Notes under the pieces: generated by a model
Databases searched by the model: none
What the model saw: only the letters and a program-made list of their open reading frames with translations
What the model was told of the DNA's origin: nothing
Position numbers and translations under genes: made by a program
NCBI GenBank assembly: GCA_045636285.1
Contig: JAZTXJ010000046.1
Coordinates: 7,816-71,815, forward strand
Length of the DNA: 64,000 nucleotides
DNA from: Eubacteriales bacterium
GTDB taxonomy: Bacteria; Bacillota; Clostridia; Oscillospirales; CAG-382
Direction of reading: 5' to 3'
Part shown: in pieces, positions 26,409 through 38,228 of the stretch
How the letters are laid out: each line of letters opens with the position of its first letter
Numbering within the stretch: the stretch's first letter is position 1

Positions 26409-27884
26409 ATGAAAAAGTTTTTATTCTGTTTACTCGCACTTGCTATGCTCATTCCCCTTCTCGTTGCCTGCAACGGCGAAGAAGCACAAGAGCAGTCGCA
26501 GCAGTCGCAGTCTTCCGGCGAATACGTTCCCGTTACCCCCGTTAAAGATATGGGCGGTAAGGAATTCAACGTAATTTGTCACGACTGGGGCTACAACTCC
26601 ACCTCGATTCTCGGCTACACCGGCGAAATCATGTATGCGGAAGAAAACCCCTCTTCTGTTGACGAAGCCAAGAAATGGGTTGTAGACTACGTTGAAACAA
26701 CCTACAACTGCGAAATCGTAGGCGAAAAGACCGGTACCGAATCGGTTCCCTCCATTATCAGAAATCAGGTTTTGGCAGGCAGTGAAGATTTCGAATACGA
26801 TATCTGCTTCACCGGTATTTCTTCCACCGCGCCTCTCGCATTTGACGGCGTTATCGAAGACCTCCGCGGTATTTCCACTATCGACCTTACTCAGCCCTGG
26901 TGGGACCAGAACGCTGTTGCCGATCTTTCTATCGACAACAAGGTATACTTCACCTGCGGCGCAATCAACACCTATGACGACCAGGGTACCTGGTGTATGC
27001 TCTTCAACAAGGATCTCAAGAACACCCTTAACATTCAGGAAGACTTCTATCAGCTCGTAAGAGATGATAAATGGACCTTCGACAAGTTCGTAGAAATCTG
27101 CACCGAAAGCAATGCAACCTTCGACTCCAACGGCGATAACGTTATCGACGAACAGGACAACTGGGCATTCGGTACCGAAACCTACAACATTTACGTTCAC
27201 ACCGTTGCTTCCGGTCAGAAGATCGCTCAGAAGGACGCTGACGACATCCCCTACATCACTCTCACCAAGGAAACCGAAGCCACCTACAACGTTATCCAGA
27301 AAACTCTCGATTTCTATAACAACAATAACCTCGTTATGATCGCAAACGGCCCGATCTACGGCACCAAGTTCCCCGATCATCCTTGGGAAAAGACCGTACA
27401 CAAGGCATTTATCGAAGGCAGAGAGCTCTTCTATATGTGCGGCCTTATCCACGCAGCGTCCTTCCGTGTAATGGAAGACGAATTCGGTATTCTTCCCATT
27501 CCCAAGTTCTACGAAACTCAGGACAGATATTACCACACCGTTTCGCAGGGTAACGCTTCCTGCATGTGCGTTCCTATCGGTCTTCAGGACACCGAAGACG
27601 TTGGTCTTATCATCTCTGCAATCGCAGAAATGTCGCTCCAGAAGGTAACTCCCGCATACTATGACGTTCAGCTCAAGTACCGCGATTCTCACGATGACGA
27701 ATCCGGCGAAATGCTCGACATCATCTTCGCTTCCCGTACCTTCGACCTCGGCGCAGCATTCAACTGGGGCTCCTTGCTTACTCAGTACACCTCTGTTGAC
27801 ACCAACATCGCGTCCCGCTTCGAAGCAAACCTTTCCTCTGCTGATGCTAAGCTTCAGGAAATGCTCGAATACTTCAACGAATAA
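26409..27884 (+). CDS. solute-binding-protein-like lipoprotein, tandem paralog B
   Basis: Lipobox LVAC. It is collinear with paralog A over its full length. Confidence 0.7.
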   Translation: MKKFLFCLLALAMLIPLLVACNGEEAQEQSQQSQSSGEYVPVTPVKDMGGKEFNVICHDWGYNSTSILGYTGEIMYAEENPSSVDEAKKWVVDYVETTYNCEIVGEKTGTESVPSIIRNQVLAGSEDFEYDICFTGISSTAPLAFDGVIEDLRGISTIDLTQPWWDQNAVADLSIDNKVYFTCGAINTYDDQGTWCMLFNKDLKNTLNIQEDFYQLVRDDKWTFDKFVEICTESNATFDSNGDNVIDEQDNWAFGTETYNIYVHTVASGQKIAQKDADDIPYITLTKETEATYNVIQKTLDFYNNNNLVMIANGPIYGTKFPDHPWEKTVHKAFIEGRELFYMCGLIHAASFRVMEDEFGILPIPKFYETQDRYYHTVSQGNASCMCVPIGLQDTEDVGLIISAIAEMSLQKVTPAYYDVQLKYRDSHDDESGEMLDIIFASRTFDLGAAFNWGSLLTQYTSVDTNIASRFEANLSSADAKLQEMLEYFNE

Positions 27885-27962
27885 TCAAAAACAATCAAAC
27901 AGTTAAGAAAAGGTCGGATTTTTATATCCGACCTTCTCCAAATAAAGAAAGGATGCATATTG

Positions 27963-30488
27963 ATGAATTTTGCAAAAAGAGCTCTCGCGGTAATGCTTCT
28001 TGCACTTATGGTGTTGCCGTCGTTCCTCTTTTCCGCCTCTGCCGAACCGATTACAATTAAGGCAGACGCGATAAACGCAATACGTGAAAGCGGTTGTCTG
28101 GTTATCTATACCCCCGAACACGGCGAGACCACAGGCACTAACGAATGGGGCTATGAGGTCATTATCGAAAACAACAAGGCTGTTTCTCACAACAAGGGCA
28201 ACAGCGCTATTCCCAAAAACGGCTTCGTTCTCTCGGGACACGACGAAAACGAGGGCGGCAAAAATATGGGCACCTGGATAAAAGAAAATATCAAGGTGGG
28301 CGACTACGTTTATTACACCCCCAGCGGAGTTATAACCGTTTCCGAAGAGCCCGTAGCCGAAAACGCGTTTTACGAGCTCACCCAGAAGATTCTCGGCGTA
28401 AACACCACCCGTCAGACCGATTCGATCGTTATATACAACAAGCGCGGCACCACCACCGGCACTAACGACTGGGGCTACGAGGTCGTATGCGAAAACGGTA
28501 TCGTCGTTTCGCTCGGCGGCAACAACAGCCTGATTCCCAACAAGGCAAATTCCTTTGTCGTTTCGGGACACGGCGCAATGGTTACCTGGCTTCAGGACAA
28601 CGCAAAGCTCGGTATGTCGGTAACCTATGACGAAAACAAAAAAACCGTAACCTTTTCCTTTGACGATTCCGCGGCTACCGCAGGTATGGACCTTTGCATC
28701 AGCAATCTTTGGGATTCCTACAATGCGGCTCTCGCAAGATACGATTATTTCAACTACGCATCCGCAAAGGCGGCTATCGAAGAGCTTGAAAACACCGTTG
28801 CCGGTATAAAGTCCGACTATAAAAAGAACAAGGACGACGTAAAGCTCGTTACCGAAGCAAAGAACGTCGAAGACCGTGCGGTTGAAATCAGCCTTATTAT
28901 TTCCGAAAGCAAAACGGTTGAATACCGCGGCGTATGGATAAGACCTACCGACACAAGCGCGGCTCAGGTCGAAGCAACCGTGCAGAAGCTTTACGAGCAG
29001 GGTATAAATCTGATCTGTGTCGAAACGCTCTACGACTGCACGATGATAATGCCCATGCCCGAGGACAGCCTTTTCGAAACCAATCCCAAGTTCAAAAAGT
29101 TCGACCTTCTTCAATCCTATATCGATGCCTGCCACGAACGCGGCATGGAGCTCCACCTCTGGATGCCTATCTTCTACGTAGGCGACGCAAACTCCTCGAA
29201 CGCCCGCTATTCTGTCGGCAACAAAAAGAAGGAATGGCTCTCTCTTTCCAGCACGGGTAAGTATTCGCATCAGGTAAACGGCGAGCTCGGCGCGCTTATG
29301 ATGCTCGACCCCGCAAACGAGGAAGCCTGCAACTATCTCCTCTCCACCTATAAATACATTCTCGAAAAATACGATATCGACGGCTTCCAGCTCGACTATA
29401 TCCGTTACTATGCACGCACCGCCGAATACGATATGGGCTACAACAAAACCGCACTCGACGCTTTTGAAAAGCAGTACGGCATACGCCCGAAATACGACAC
29501 CAAGGCAGGCTATTGGAAGGATTGGGTCAACTTCCGTTGCAATTACGTCGATTCCTTCGTTCAGCGTGTAAGAAAGCTTATCGATGACGTCAAGCCCGAC
29601 GTGCTTCTCGGCGCAGACGTTGTTCCCGATCCTACCGACAGTGTAGGCAACAACTATCAGAACTACTACACCTGGCTCGAAAACAAGTGGATCGATATTC
29701 TGTTCCCGATGTCCTACGGCTACGGCTATGAAGAGGATATTGCAGACCAGACCGAGCGTTGCGGCGAAAACTCCTTTATCGCTGTCGGCTTGGGCATATT
29801 CATGCCGGAGCTCACTCCTACCGATATGCAGACACAGGCAAGCTACAACACCTCTGTTTTGGCAGACGGCTCGGTTTACTTCGAAGCCTCCGCATATAAC
29901 AAGAAAAACACCGGCGAACACCTTTTAAAGGGCGTTTATCGCAACAAGGCAATCACTCCTACCTTTGATATTCTCGAAGGCGCAAAGGCGCAGGCAGAAT
30001 ATATGAAGGGCAGAATCAACGATATTATCGTTCCTCTCGGCGGACTTACCGAGGATAACGCAAAGACCGTTATCGCGGCGATCGATGCATTTACCGCAAC
30101 TCTCACCGCAGAAGGCTTCGATGCAGATAAATATCAGGCTCTTTCAACCGCAATCGCAGAAGCAAACGGCGAAAAGGGCGTAGCCGAAAGACTTACCTCC
30201 GATCTTAAAGCGATCGTAAAGGCATACACCGTTGCAAACAAGGAGCTCGATTTGAGCGACGTTCCCGATATCCCCGAAAACCCCGATTATTCCGAAAAGC
30301 CCGATGACGAAAGCAAGGGCGGCGAAAGCACCGCTTCGGAAGCAGAGTCTGAAGCAGACTCCGACGAAAGCGACGCAGCTGCCAAGAAGACAAACGGCGG
30401 ACAGATCGTTATCGTAATCATCTGCGCGATCGTTATCATCGGTTGTGCAGTAACCGTCATCCTCGTTTCCAAGAAAGGAAAGAAGTAA
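27963..30488 (+). CDS. GHL10 (YngK/DUF187-like) glycoside-hydrolase-like surface protein with a C-terminal TM anchor
   Basis: Has a signal peptide and two N-terminal modules of about 90 aa. The TIM-barrel core is YRGVWIRPT...CVETLYD...LHLWMPIFY...FQLDYIRY. An acidic Ser/Asp/Glu linker is followed by IVIVIICAIVIIGCAVTVILV-KKGKK. Confidence 0.7.
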   Translation: MNFAKRALAVMLLALMVLPSFLFSASAEPITIKADAINAIRESGCLVIYTPEHGETTGTNEWGYEVIIENNKAVSHNKGNSAIPKNGFVLSGHDENEGGKNMGTWIKENIKVGDYVYYTPSGVITVSEEPVAENAFYELTQKILGVNTTRQTDSIVIYNKRGTTTGTNDWGYEVVCENGIVVSLGGNNSLIPNKANSFVVSGHGAMVTWLQDNAKLGMSVTYDENKKTVTFSFDDSAATAGMDLCISNLWDSYNAALARYDYFNYASAKAAIEELENTVAGIKSDYKKNKDDVKLVTEAKNVEDRAVEISLIISESKTVEYRGVWIRPTDTSAAQVEATVQKLYEQGINLICVETLYDCTMIMPMPEDSLFETNPKFKKFDLLQSYIDACHERGMELHLWMPIFYVGDANSSNARYSVGNKKKEWLSLSSTGKYSHQVNGELGALMMLDPANEEACNYLLSTYKYILEKYDIDGFQLDYIRYYARTAEYDMGYNKTALDAFEKQYGIRPKYDTKAGYWKDWVNFRCNYVDSFVQRVRKLIDDVKPDVLLGADVVPDPTDSVGNNYQNYYTWLENKWIDILFPMSYGYGYEEDIADQTERCGENSFIAVGLGIFMPELTPTDMQTQASYNTSVLADGSVYFEASAYNKKNTGEHLLKGVYRNKAITPTFDILEGAKAQAEYMKGRINDIIVPLGGLTEDNAKTVIAAIDAFTATLTAEGFDADKYQALSTAIAEANGEKGVAERLTSDLKAIVKAYTVANKELDLSDVPDIPENPDYSEKPDDESKGGESTASEAESEADSDESDAAAKKTNGGQIVIVIICAIVIIGCAVTVILVSKKGKK

Positions 30489-30489
30489 T

Positions 30490-32622
30490 ATGTCGAAAAA
30501 GCTCTTATGCGTTTTCCTTTCTCTTCTTTTCGTATTCACCGTTATTCCCTTTTCGGCTTCCGCCGATGAAATCACCACCCAAAAAATAAGCGCGATCAAC
30601 AAAACGCGCCTTACCGATTATCTCGTTATCTATACCCGTTCCTACGGAAGCACCACCGCAACAAACGTATACGGCACCGAAGCCACGGTTACAAACGGAA
30701 CCGTCACCTCGGTCGGCGGAAACAGCAGTGCCATTCCCGCAGGCGAAAACAGCTTTGTAATTTCGGGACACGGCGCAATGTCCGATTGGGTAAAGAATAC
30801 TATTATCGTCGGTATGAAGGCAAGCTACAACGCAAGCACGATGACGCTTACTCTCGTGTTTGACGATTCTACCCTGCTCTTCCGTGTCAACGATGCGAAA
30901 AAACGCGCAGAGGATGCGAAAGCGCAGGCAGAGGAAGCGTTCATTGTCTATGATTCGAACGCAGACGCTTTGTTCGAATCGGCTTGCGCGAAGCTGAATT
31001 CGCTTACCAACCCCACCGAATCCGAAATCGATAAGCTGGTTGCCGAATTCGACAAGGCGGCGATGCTCTATAAAGAGCGCGAAATCGCCGAATACCGCGG
31101 TGTATGGCTCCGCCCCACGCAGAAAAGTATGACCGAGGTCAGAAATTACGTTAAGCAGTGCGTCGGCGCAGGCATAAATATGATATCTATCGAAACGATG
31201 TATTCGGGCACGATGATATACAAAACGCCTGCCGACAGCCTTTTCAAGCAAAATCCGATATTCAAGGGCTTCGACGTTCTCGCGGCGTTTTCCGAGGTAT
31301 GCGCGGAATACGGAGTAGAGCTTCACTGCTGGATGCCCGTATTCTATTCCTGCAATTCCTCGGGCGAAAACTGGCATTTGAGCGTTGCGGCGAAAAAGCC
31401 CGAATGGCAGTTAAAGTCCAACCTCGGCTCGAACATCTATTCCTATGAAACGACGGGTATGGTGTTCCTCAACCCCGCACTCGACGAGGTGCAGGACTTC
31501 CTTGCAGAAACCTATACCTATATTCTTGAAAATTACGATATTCACGGCTTCCAGCTCGACTATATCCGCTACCGCGACAGATATGCCGACGACGATTTCG
31601 GATACGACAGCACGACTATCGCAAAATTCAAGGAAGCTTATCCGAAATACAAAAACAGCACGATACGCCTCGATACGCGTGCAGAGTATTGGAACGACTG
31701 GGTAAAGTTCCGCGCACAGCAGGTTACCAGGTTTGTCGAGCGTATGCGCGAAATTATCGATACCGTTGCCCCCGACGTGCTTCTTACGGCAGACGTCGGC
31801 GCGCAGTTCTCGACCTCGTACAACACGCTTTATCAGGACAGCGAAACCTGGCTTGAAAACGGCTGGCTGGATATGATTCACCCTATGGCATACGGAAGCG
31901 GCTATGCACCCCAGATGAAGCCCTTTCTCGATGCCGCGGGCGAAGACTGTATGGTCGTTCCCGGACTCGGTATATTTATGGATGAATTCGACGGCAACGA
32001 TATGGCGACCCAAGCCTTCGAAATGGCACAGGTCGGCTGTGACGGCGTTGTTTATTTCCAAACCGCGCAATATTTCAGCAAGGATGCCGACGGCGTGCTT
32101 TCCTCTACGCTTTACACCGAACCCTCGCTCGCACCCGCATTTGATAATATCAAAACGATCCAAGACACAATGTTCAGATCGGCAGAGCGTATTCGCAATG
32201 CAAGAGATGCAGATAAGCTTTCGGAATCGCTTGCGTATGAAATACTCGTGCTTTGCGAAAGCGTTGTCGAAAGCGCAAGCGTCAACGCCGCAAGCGCAAT
32301 CGAGGAAATAACCGCGCTTCGCACGAAGCTGAACGCGCTTCCCTCCTCTGCCCTGCGCGAACGTTTGTTGAAGGACGCGAGAATCGCTTATCTCGCAGTG
32401 CTCCGCGGTATTAACGCGCAAGCGGCAAACCTTGGCGACGTTAACAACGACGGAACTATAAATCAGTACGATTATATTCTCGTTAAGCGTCACCACTTCG
32501 AAACCCGTGCACTCACAAACAGCGAAGCGCTCCGCGCGGACGTGAATAAGGACGGTATCGTAAACCAATACGATTACCTTCTTATCGCAAGGCACTATTT
32601 CGGAACCTATACAATCAAATAA
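30490..32622 (+). CDS. GHL10 (YngK/DUF187-like) glycoside-hydrolase-like protein with a C-terminal type-I dockerin
   Basis: Has a signal peptide and one N-terminal module of about 90 aa. The core is YRGVWLRPT...LHCWMPVFY...FQLDYIRY. The C-terminal duplicated Ca-binding repeat is GDVNNDGTINQYDY / ADVNKDGIVNQYDY. Confidence 0.75.
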   Translation: MSKKLLCVFLSLLFVFTVIPFSASADEITTQKISAINKTRLTDYLVIYTRSYGSTTATNVYGTEATVTNGTVTSVGGNSSAIPAGENSFVISGHGAMSDWVKNTIIVGMKASYNASTMTLTLVFDDSTLLFRVNDAKKRAEDAKAQAEEAFIVYDSNADALFESACAKLNSLTNPTESEIDKLVAEFDKAAMLYKEREIAEYRGVWLRPTQKSMTEVRNYVKQCVGAGINMISIETMYSGTMIYKTPADSLFKQNPIFKGFDVLAAFSEVCAEYGVELHCWMPVFYSCNSSGENWHLSVAAKKPEWQLKSNLGSNIYSYETTGMVFLNPALDEVQDFLAETYTYILENYDIHGFQLDYIRYRDRYADDDFGYDSTTIAKFKEAYPKYKNSTIRLDTRAEYWNDWVKFRAQQVTRFVERMREIIDTVAPDVLLTADVGAQFSTSYNTLYQDSETWLENGWLDMIHPMAYGSGYAPQMKPFLDAAGEDCMVVPGLGIFMDEFDGNDMATQAFEMAQVGCDGVVYFQTAQYFSKDADGVLSSTLYTEPSLAPAFDNIKTIQDTMFRSAERIRNARDADKLSESLAYEILVLCESVVESASVNAASAIEEITALRTKLNALPSSALRERLLKDARIAYLAVLRGINAQAANLGDVNNDGTINQYDYILVKRHHFETRALTNSEALRADVNKDGIVNQYDYLLIARHYFGTYTIK

Positions 32623-32633
32623 CAAAAAAAGCA

Positions 32634-32670
32634 AGAGAACCTCTTTGATTACAAGAGGTTCTCTCTTTTT
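32634..32670 (+). terminator. Rho-independent terminator
   Basis: Perfect 12-bp stem AGAGAACCTCTT/AAGAGGTTCTCT, followed by a T-run. Confidence 0.8.
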
Positions 32671-32756
32671 CGGCGGCAAAAATCTTCGGTTACGTTGCAT
32701 GTGCAACGCTTCCTTTTTCTGTTTTGGGGTATAATATAAAAAAGGAGGTAGTTATT

Positions 32757-33785
32757 ATGAAATTTGCTTTTTTCGATACAAAGCCTTACGATATACCGTC
32801 TTTCGAAAAGTACGGAAACGAAAACGGAGTAGAATTCAAATTTTTCGAAACCAAGCTCAACCGCGATACCGCAACGCTGGCAGAGGGCTGTGACGGCGTT
32901 TGTGTTTTTGTGAACGATACTGTCGATTCCGAGGTTATCGACAAGCTTTATTCCGCGGGTGTGAGGTGCGTTGCGCTTCGCTGTGCGGGCTACAACAACG
33001 TCGACGTAAAGCACGCATTCGGCAAGCTTCATATCTTCCACGTGCCCGCTTATTCGCCCTATGCCGTTGCCGAGCACGCGATTGCGATGCTTCTTACCTC
33101 TATCCGCCGCATACACAAGGCGTATATACGCACGAAGGATTTTAATTTCAGCCTTGCGGGGCTGACAGGCTTTGACCTGCACGGCAAAACCGTGGGTATT
33201 ATCGGCACGGGCAGAATCGGACGCGTGTTTGCCGATATTTGCAAGGGGTTCGGAATGAAGGTGCTCGCATACGATAAATTTCCCAATAGCGATTGCGGTC
33301 TTGAATACGTAACGCTCGAGGAGCTTTTTGCAAAAAGCGATATTATTTCGCTCCATTGCCCGCTTACCGAAGAAACCCGCCACCTGATTGACGAAAACGC
33401 GATAAATAAGATGAAAAAGGGTGTTACCCTTATCAACACCTCGCGCGGTGCTCTGATCGATGCCGAGGCTCTGCTTGCGGGTATTAAATCGCGCCATATC
33501 GGTGCGGCGTGCCTCGACGTTTACGAGGAAGAATCGGATATATTCTTCGAGGATTTTTCGGGTCATATTATGGACGACGACACGCTTGCCCGACTTATTT
33601 CGATGCCGAACGTTATCGTAACCTCGCACCAAGCGTTTTTGACCGAGGAAGCGCTCAACAATATCGCCGAAACCACCGTGAGCAATATTATTGAATTTTC
33701 CGAAAAGGGATATTGCGATAACGAGCTCTGCTACCGTTGCGGAAACACCGAAAGCTGCAAAAGCAGACGCAAAAAATGCTTTTAG
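32757..33785 (+). CDS. ldhA: D-lactate (D-2-hydroxyacid) dehydrogenase
   Basis: MKFAFFDTKPYD..., the NAD motif GIIGTGRIGRV and the catalytic region TSHQAFLT. AAGGAGG lies upstream of the ATG at 32757. Confidence 0.85.
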   Translation: MKFAFFDTKPYDIPSFEKYGNENGVEFKFFETKLNRDTATLAEGCDGVCVFVNDTVDSEVIDKLYSAGVRCVALRCAGYNNVDVKHAFGKLHIFHVPAYSPYAVAEHAIAMLLTSIRRIHKAYIRTKDFNFSLAGLTGFDLHGKTVGIIGTGRIGRVFADICKGFGMKVLAYDKFPNSDCGLEYVTLEELFAKSDIISLHCPLTEETRHLIDENAINKMKKGVTLINTSRGALIDAEALLAGIKSRHIGAACLDVYEEESDIFFEDFSGHIMDDDTLARLISMPNVIVTSHQAFLTEEALNNIAETTVSNIIEFSEKGYCDNELCYRCGNTESCKSRRKKCF

Positions 33786-33897
33786 ATTTTACAATTCTAT
33801 AACAAATCCCGAAAAGATTTAAAATATACGGGGAGTAGTATTACGGCAACGGCAGTAAATTAATGCCGTTGCCAACTATCACGAAAGGAGATACGTT

Positions 33898-34848
33898 ATG
33901 AAAAACAAAACACTCGCGCTTATCACCGCGGCGCTGATTACCGCCGCCGCACTCATTCTCACGGCAAGCCTTTCGCTCCTCGATTCCTCGGCTATCGATG
34001 ATTCTATCGTCGTTTCTGCCGCAGATTCGGGCACGCTCGGACTTGATTCCTTCGAACAGAACGAAGAACTTACCGAGGACAAACCCGCAGAAGACGAAAT
34101 CGTTGAAGGTGAAGCAACCGAAGACGAAATTGTCGAAGACGAAATCGTTGAAGGCGAAATCACCGAAGACGAAACCGTCGAAGATGAAATCGTCGAAGAA
34201 AAGCCTGTTTACGTTCCCGAAATCGGTCCGCTCGGCAACCCCGTGTTCCCCGTAAGTCCCGAATACGACGGCTCCGAAATCGTTGAAGGTCACTCCGCGC
34301 CCACCTATATCGATGACGTTGTCGTAGCAATCTACGAGCACGCTACCGGTGAGCTTGTCGGTCAGGTAACCTTCAGAGATGATCAGATTTGGAAGGACGT
34401 CGAAGAGCTCCACCGCGGCGTTTATACGCTCGGTAACTGCGTTTACGACAACAACGATAAGGATGCTGTTCCGATCGCTATCCCCAACGGCAAATATCGC
34501 GTTGAGGTATACGCTATCTGGTGGGCAGACGACGGCGGCTGTGGCACGTTGTTCTTCGCCTACACCTATGGCACGAACGAGCTTTTGGAAATGTGGAAAT
34601 GCGGCACGCTTTACTCCGGCGGCCACGAATTTATCGCATATATCGACGCGCTTATCGCCGATGAAATGGCGGCTATCGAGGCAGGCACGAACACCGTTCC
34701 CGCGCTTGAAGAAACCGTAACCTATATTTGCGGCTTCGGCGCAGAAAAGGTCAGCTTCAGCGCTTTCGAATGGACTGGCGACTTCCACAAGACCTTCGAG
34801 TCTATGCGCGGAACTCCTCGCTTCCCTTATATCGAAACCGAAGAATAA
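33898..34848 (+). CDS. secreted/anchored hypothetical protein with acidic EDEIVE(G/D) repeats
   Basis: Has a signal/anchor helix and six or more copies of (T/A)EDEIVE. The Cys/Trp-containing C-terminal domain has no recognisable family. AAGGAG is upstream. Confidence 0.6.
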   Translation: MKNKTLALITAALITAAALILTASLSLLDSSAIDDSIVVSAADSGTLGLDSFEQNEELTEDKPAEDEIVEGEATEDEIVEDEIVEGEITEDETVEDEIVEEKPVYVPEIGPLGNPVFPVSPEYDGSEIVEGHSAPTYIDDVVVAIYEHATGELVGQVTFRDDQIWKDVEELHRGVYTLGNCVYDNNDKDAVPIAIPNGKYRVEVYAIWWADDGGCGTLFFAYTYGTNELLEMWKCGTLYSGGHEFIAYIDALIADEMAAIEAGTNTVPALEETVTYICGFGAEKVSFSAFEWTGDFHKTFESMRGTPRFPYIETEE

Positions 34849-34865
34849 TTTCCCCTTACAAAGCG

Positions 34866-34900
34866 AAACCGTCAAGAGCAATCTTGACGGTTTTGTTTTT
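34866..34900 (+). terminator. Rho-independent terminator
   Basis: AAACCGTCAAG...CTTGACGGTTT stem followed by TTGTTTTT. Confidence 0.75.
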
Positions 34901-34918
34901 ATGTTGTTTTTGTCGTTG

Positions 34919-34945
34919 TTTCGGTTTATCCGAAATTTGAAGCCG
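34919..34945. repeat. 27-nt direct repeat, copy 1 (TTTCGGTTTATCCGAAATTTGAAGCCG)
   Basis: Matches 35179-35205 at 26 of 27 positions. Contains an internal TTTCGG/CCGAAA hairpin. Confidence 0.8.
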
Positions 34946-35017
34946 TGTAACAGCCAAATTAGTCGAGTAACAACACAGTTAAACGGAGGCGCACAAATTT
35001 CGCGATAAAATCGGGGG

Positions 35018-35058
35018 TTTCGGCGCGTGGCTGTAGAATTCTACTGCCCGAGCCGAAA
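35018..35058. repeat. long imperfect inverted repeat with an 18/20 palindromic core GGCTGTAGAATTCTACTGCC
   Basis: The core lies at 35029-35048. The outer arms TTTCGGC / GCCGAAA extend the helix. Confidence 0.6.
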
Positions 35059-35178
35059 AGCACGATAGAAAAAATCCAGTAAATCCTTCCAAGTAACGAT
35101 CAAATCGTTGGCAACAGCCTCGCGGGTATGTTGAAACAAAACTATTCGAACACCTCCGCGGGAACCAAAAAAGGATTT

Positions 35179-35205
35179 TTTCGGTTTAGCCGAAATTTGA
35201 AGCCG
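35179..35205. repeat. 27-nt direct repeat, copy 2 (TTTCGGTTTAGCCGAAATTTGAAGCCG)
   Basis: Ends 1 nt from the tgt stop codon. It is 260 bp from copy 1. Confidence 0.8.
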
Positions 35206-35206
35206 A

Positions 35207-38228
<3,022 letters not shown>

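Noticed and set aside
27910-27935. Hairpin AAGGTCGGAT/ATCCGACCTT after the second SBP-like gene as a terminator
   Set aside because: There is no T-run on the plus strand, only on the minus strand where no gene ends. It may be a partial or processing stem, so it is not listed as a terminator.
34919-35205. Possible CRISPR array, because of the 27-nt repeats
   Set aside because: There are only two copies, they are separated by 233 bp (far longer than a spacer), and no cas genes are in the window.
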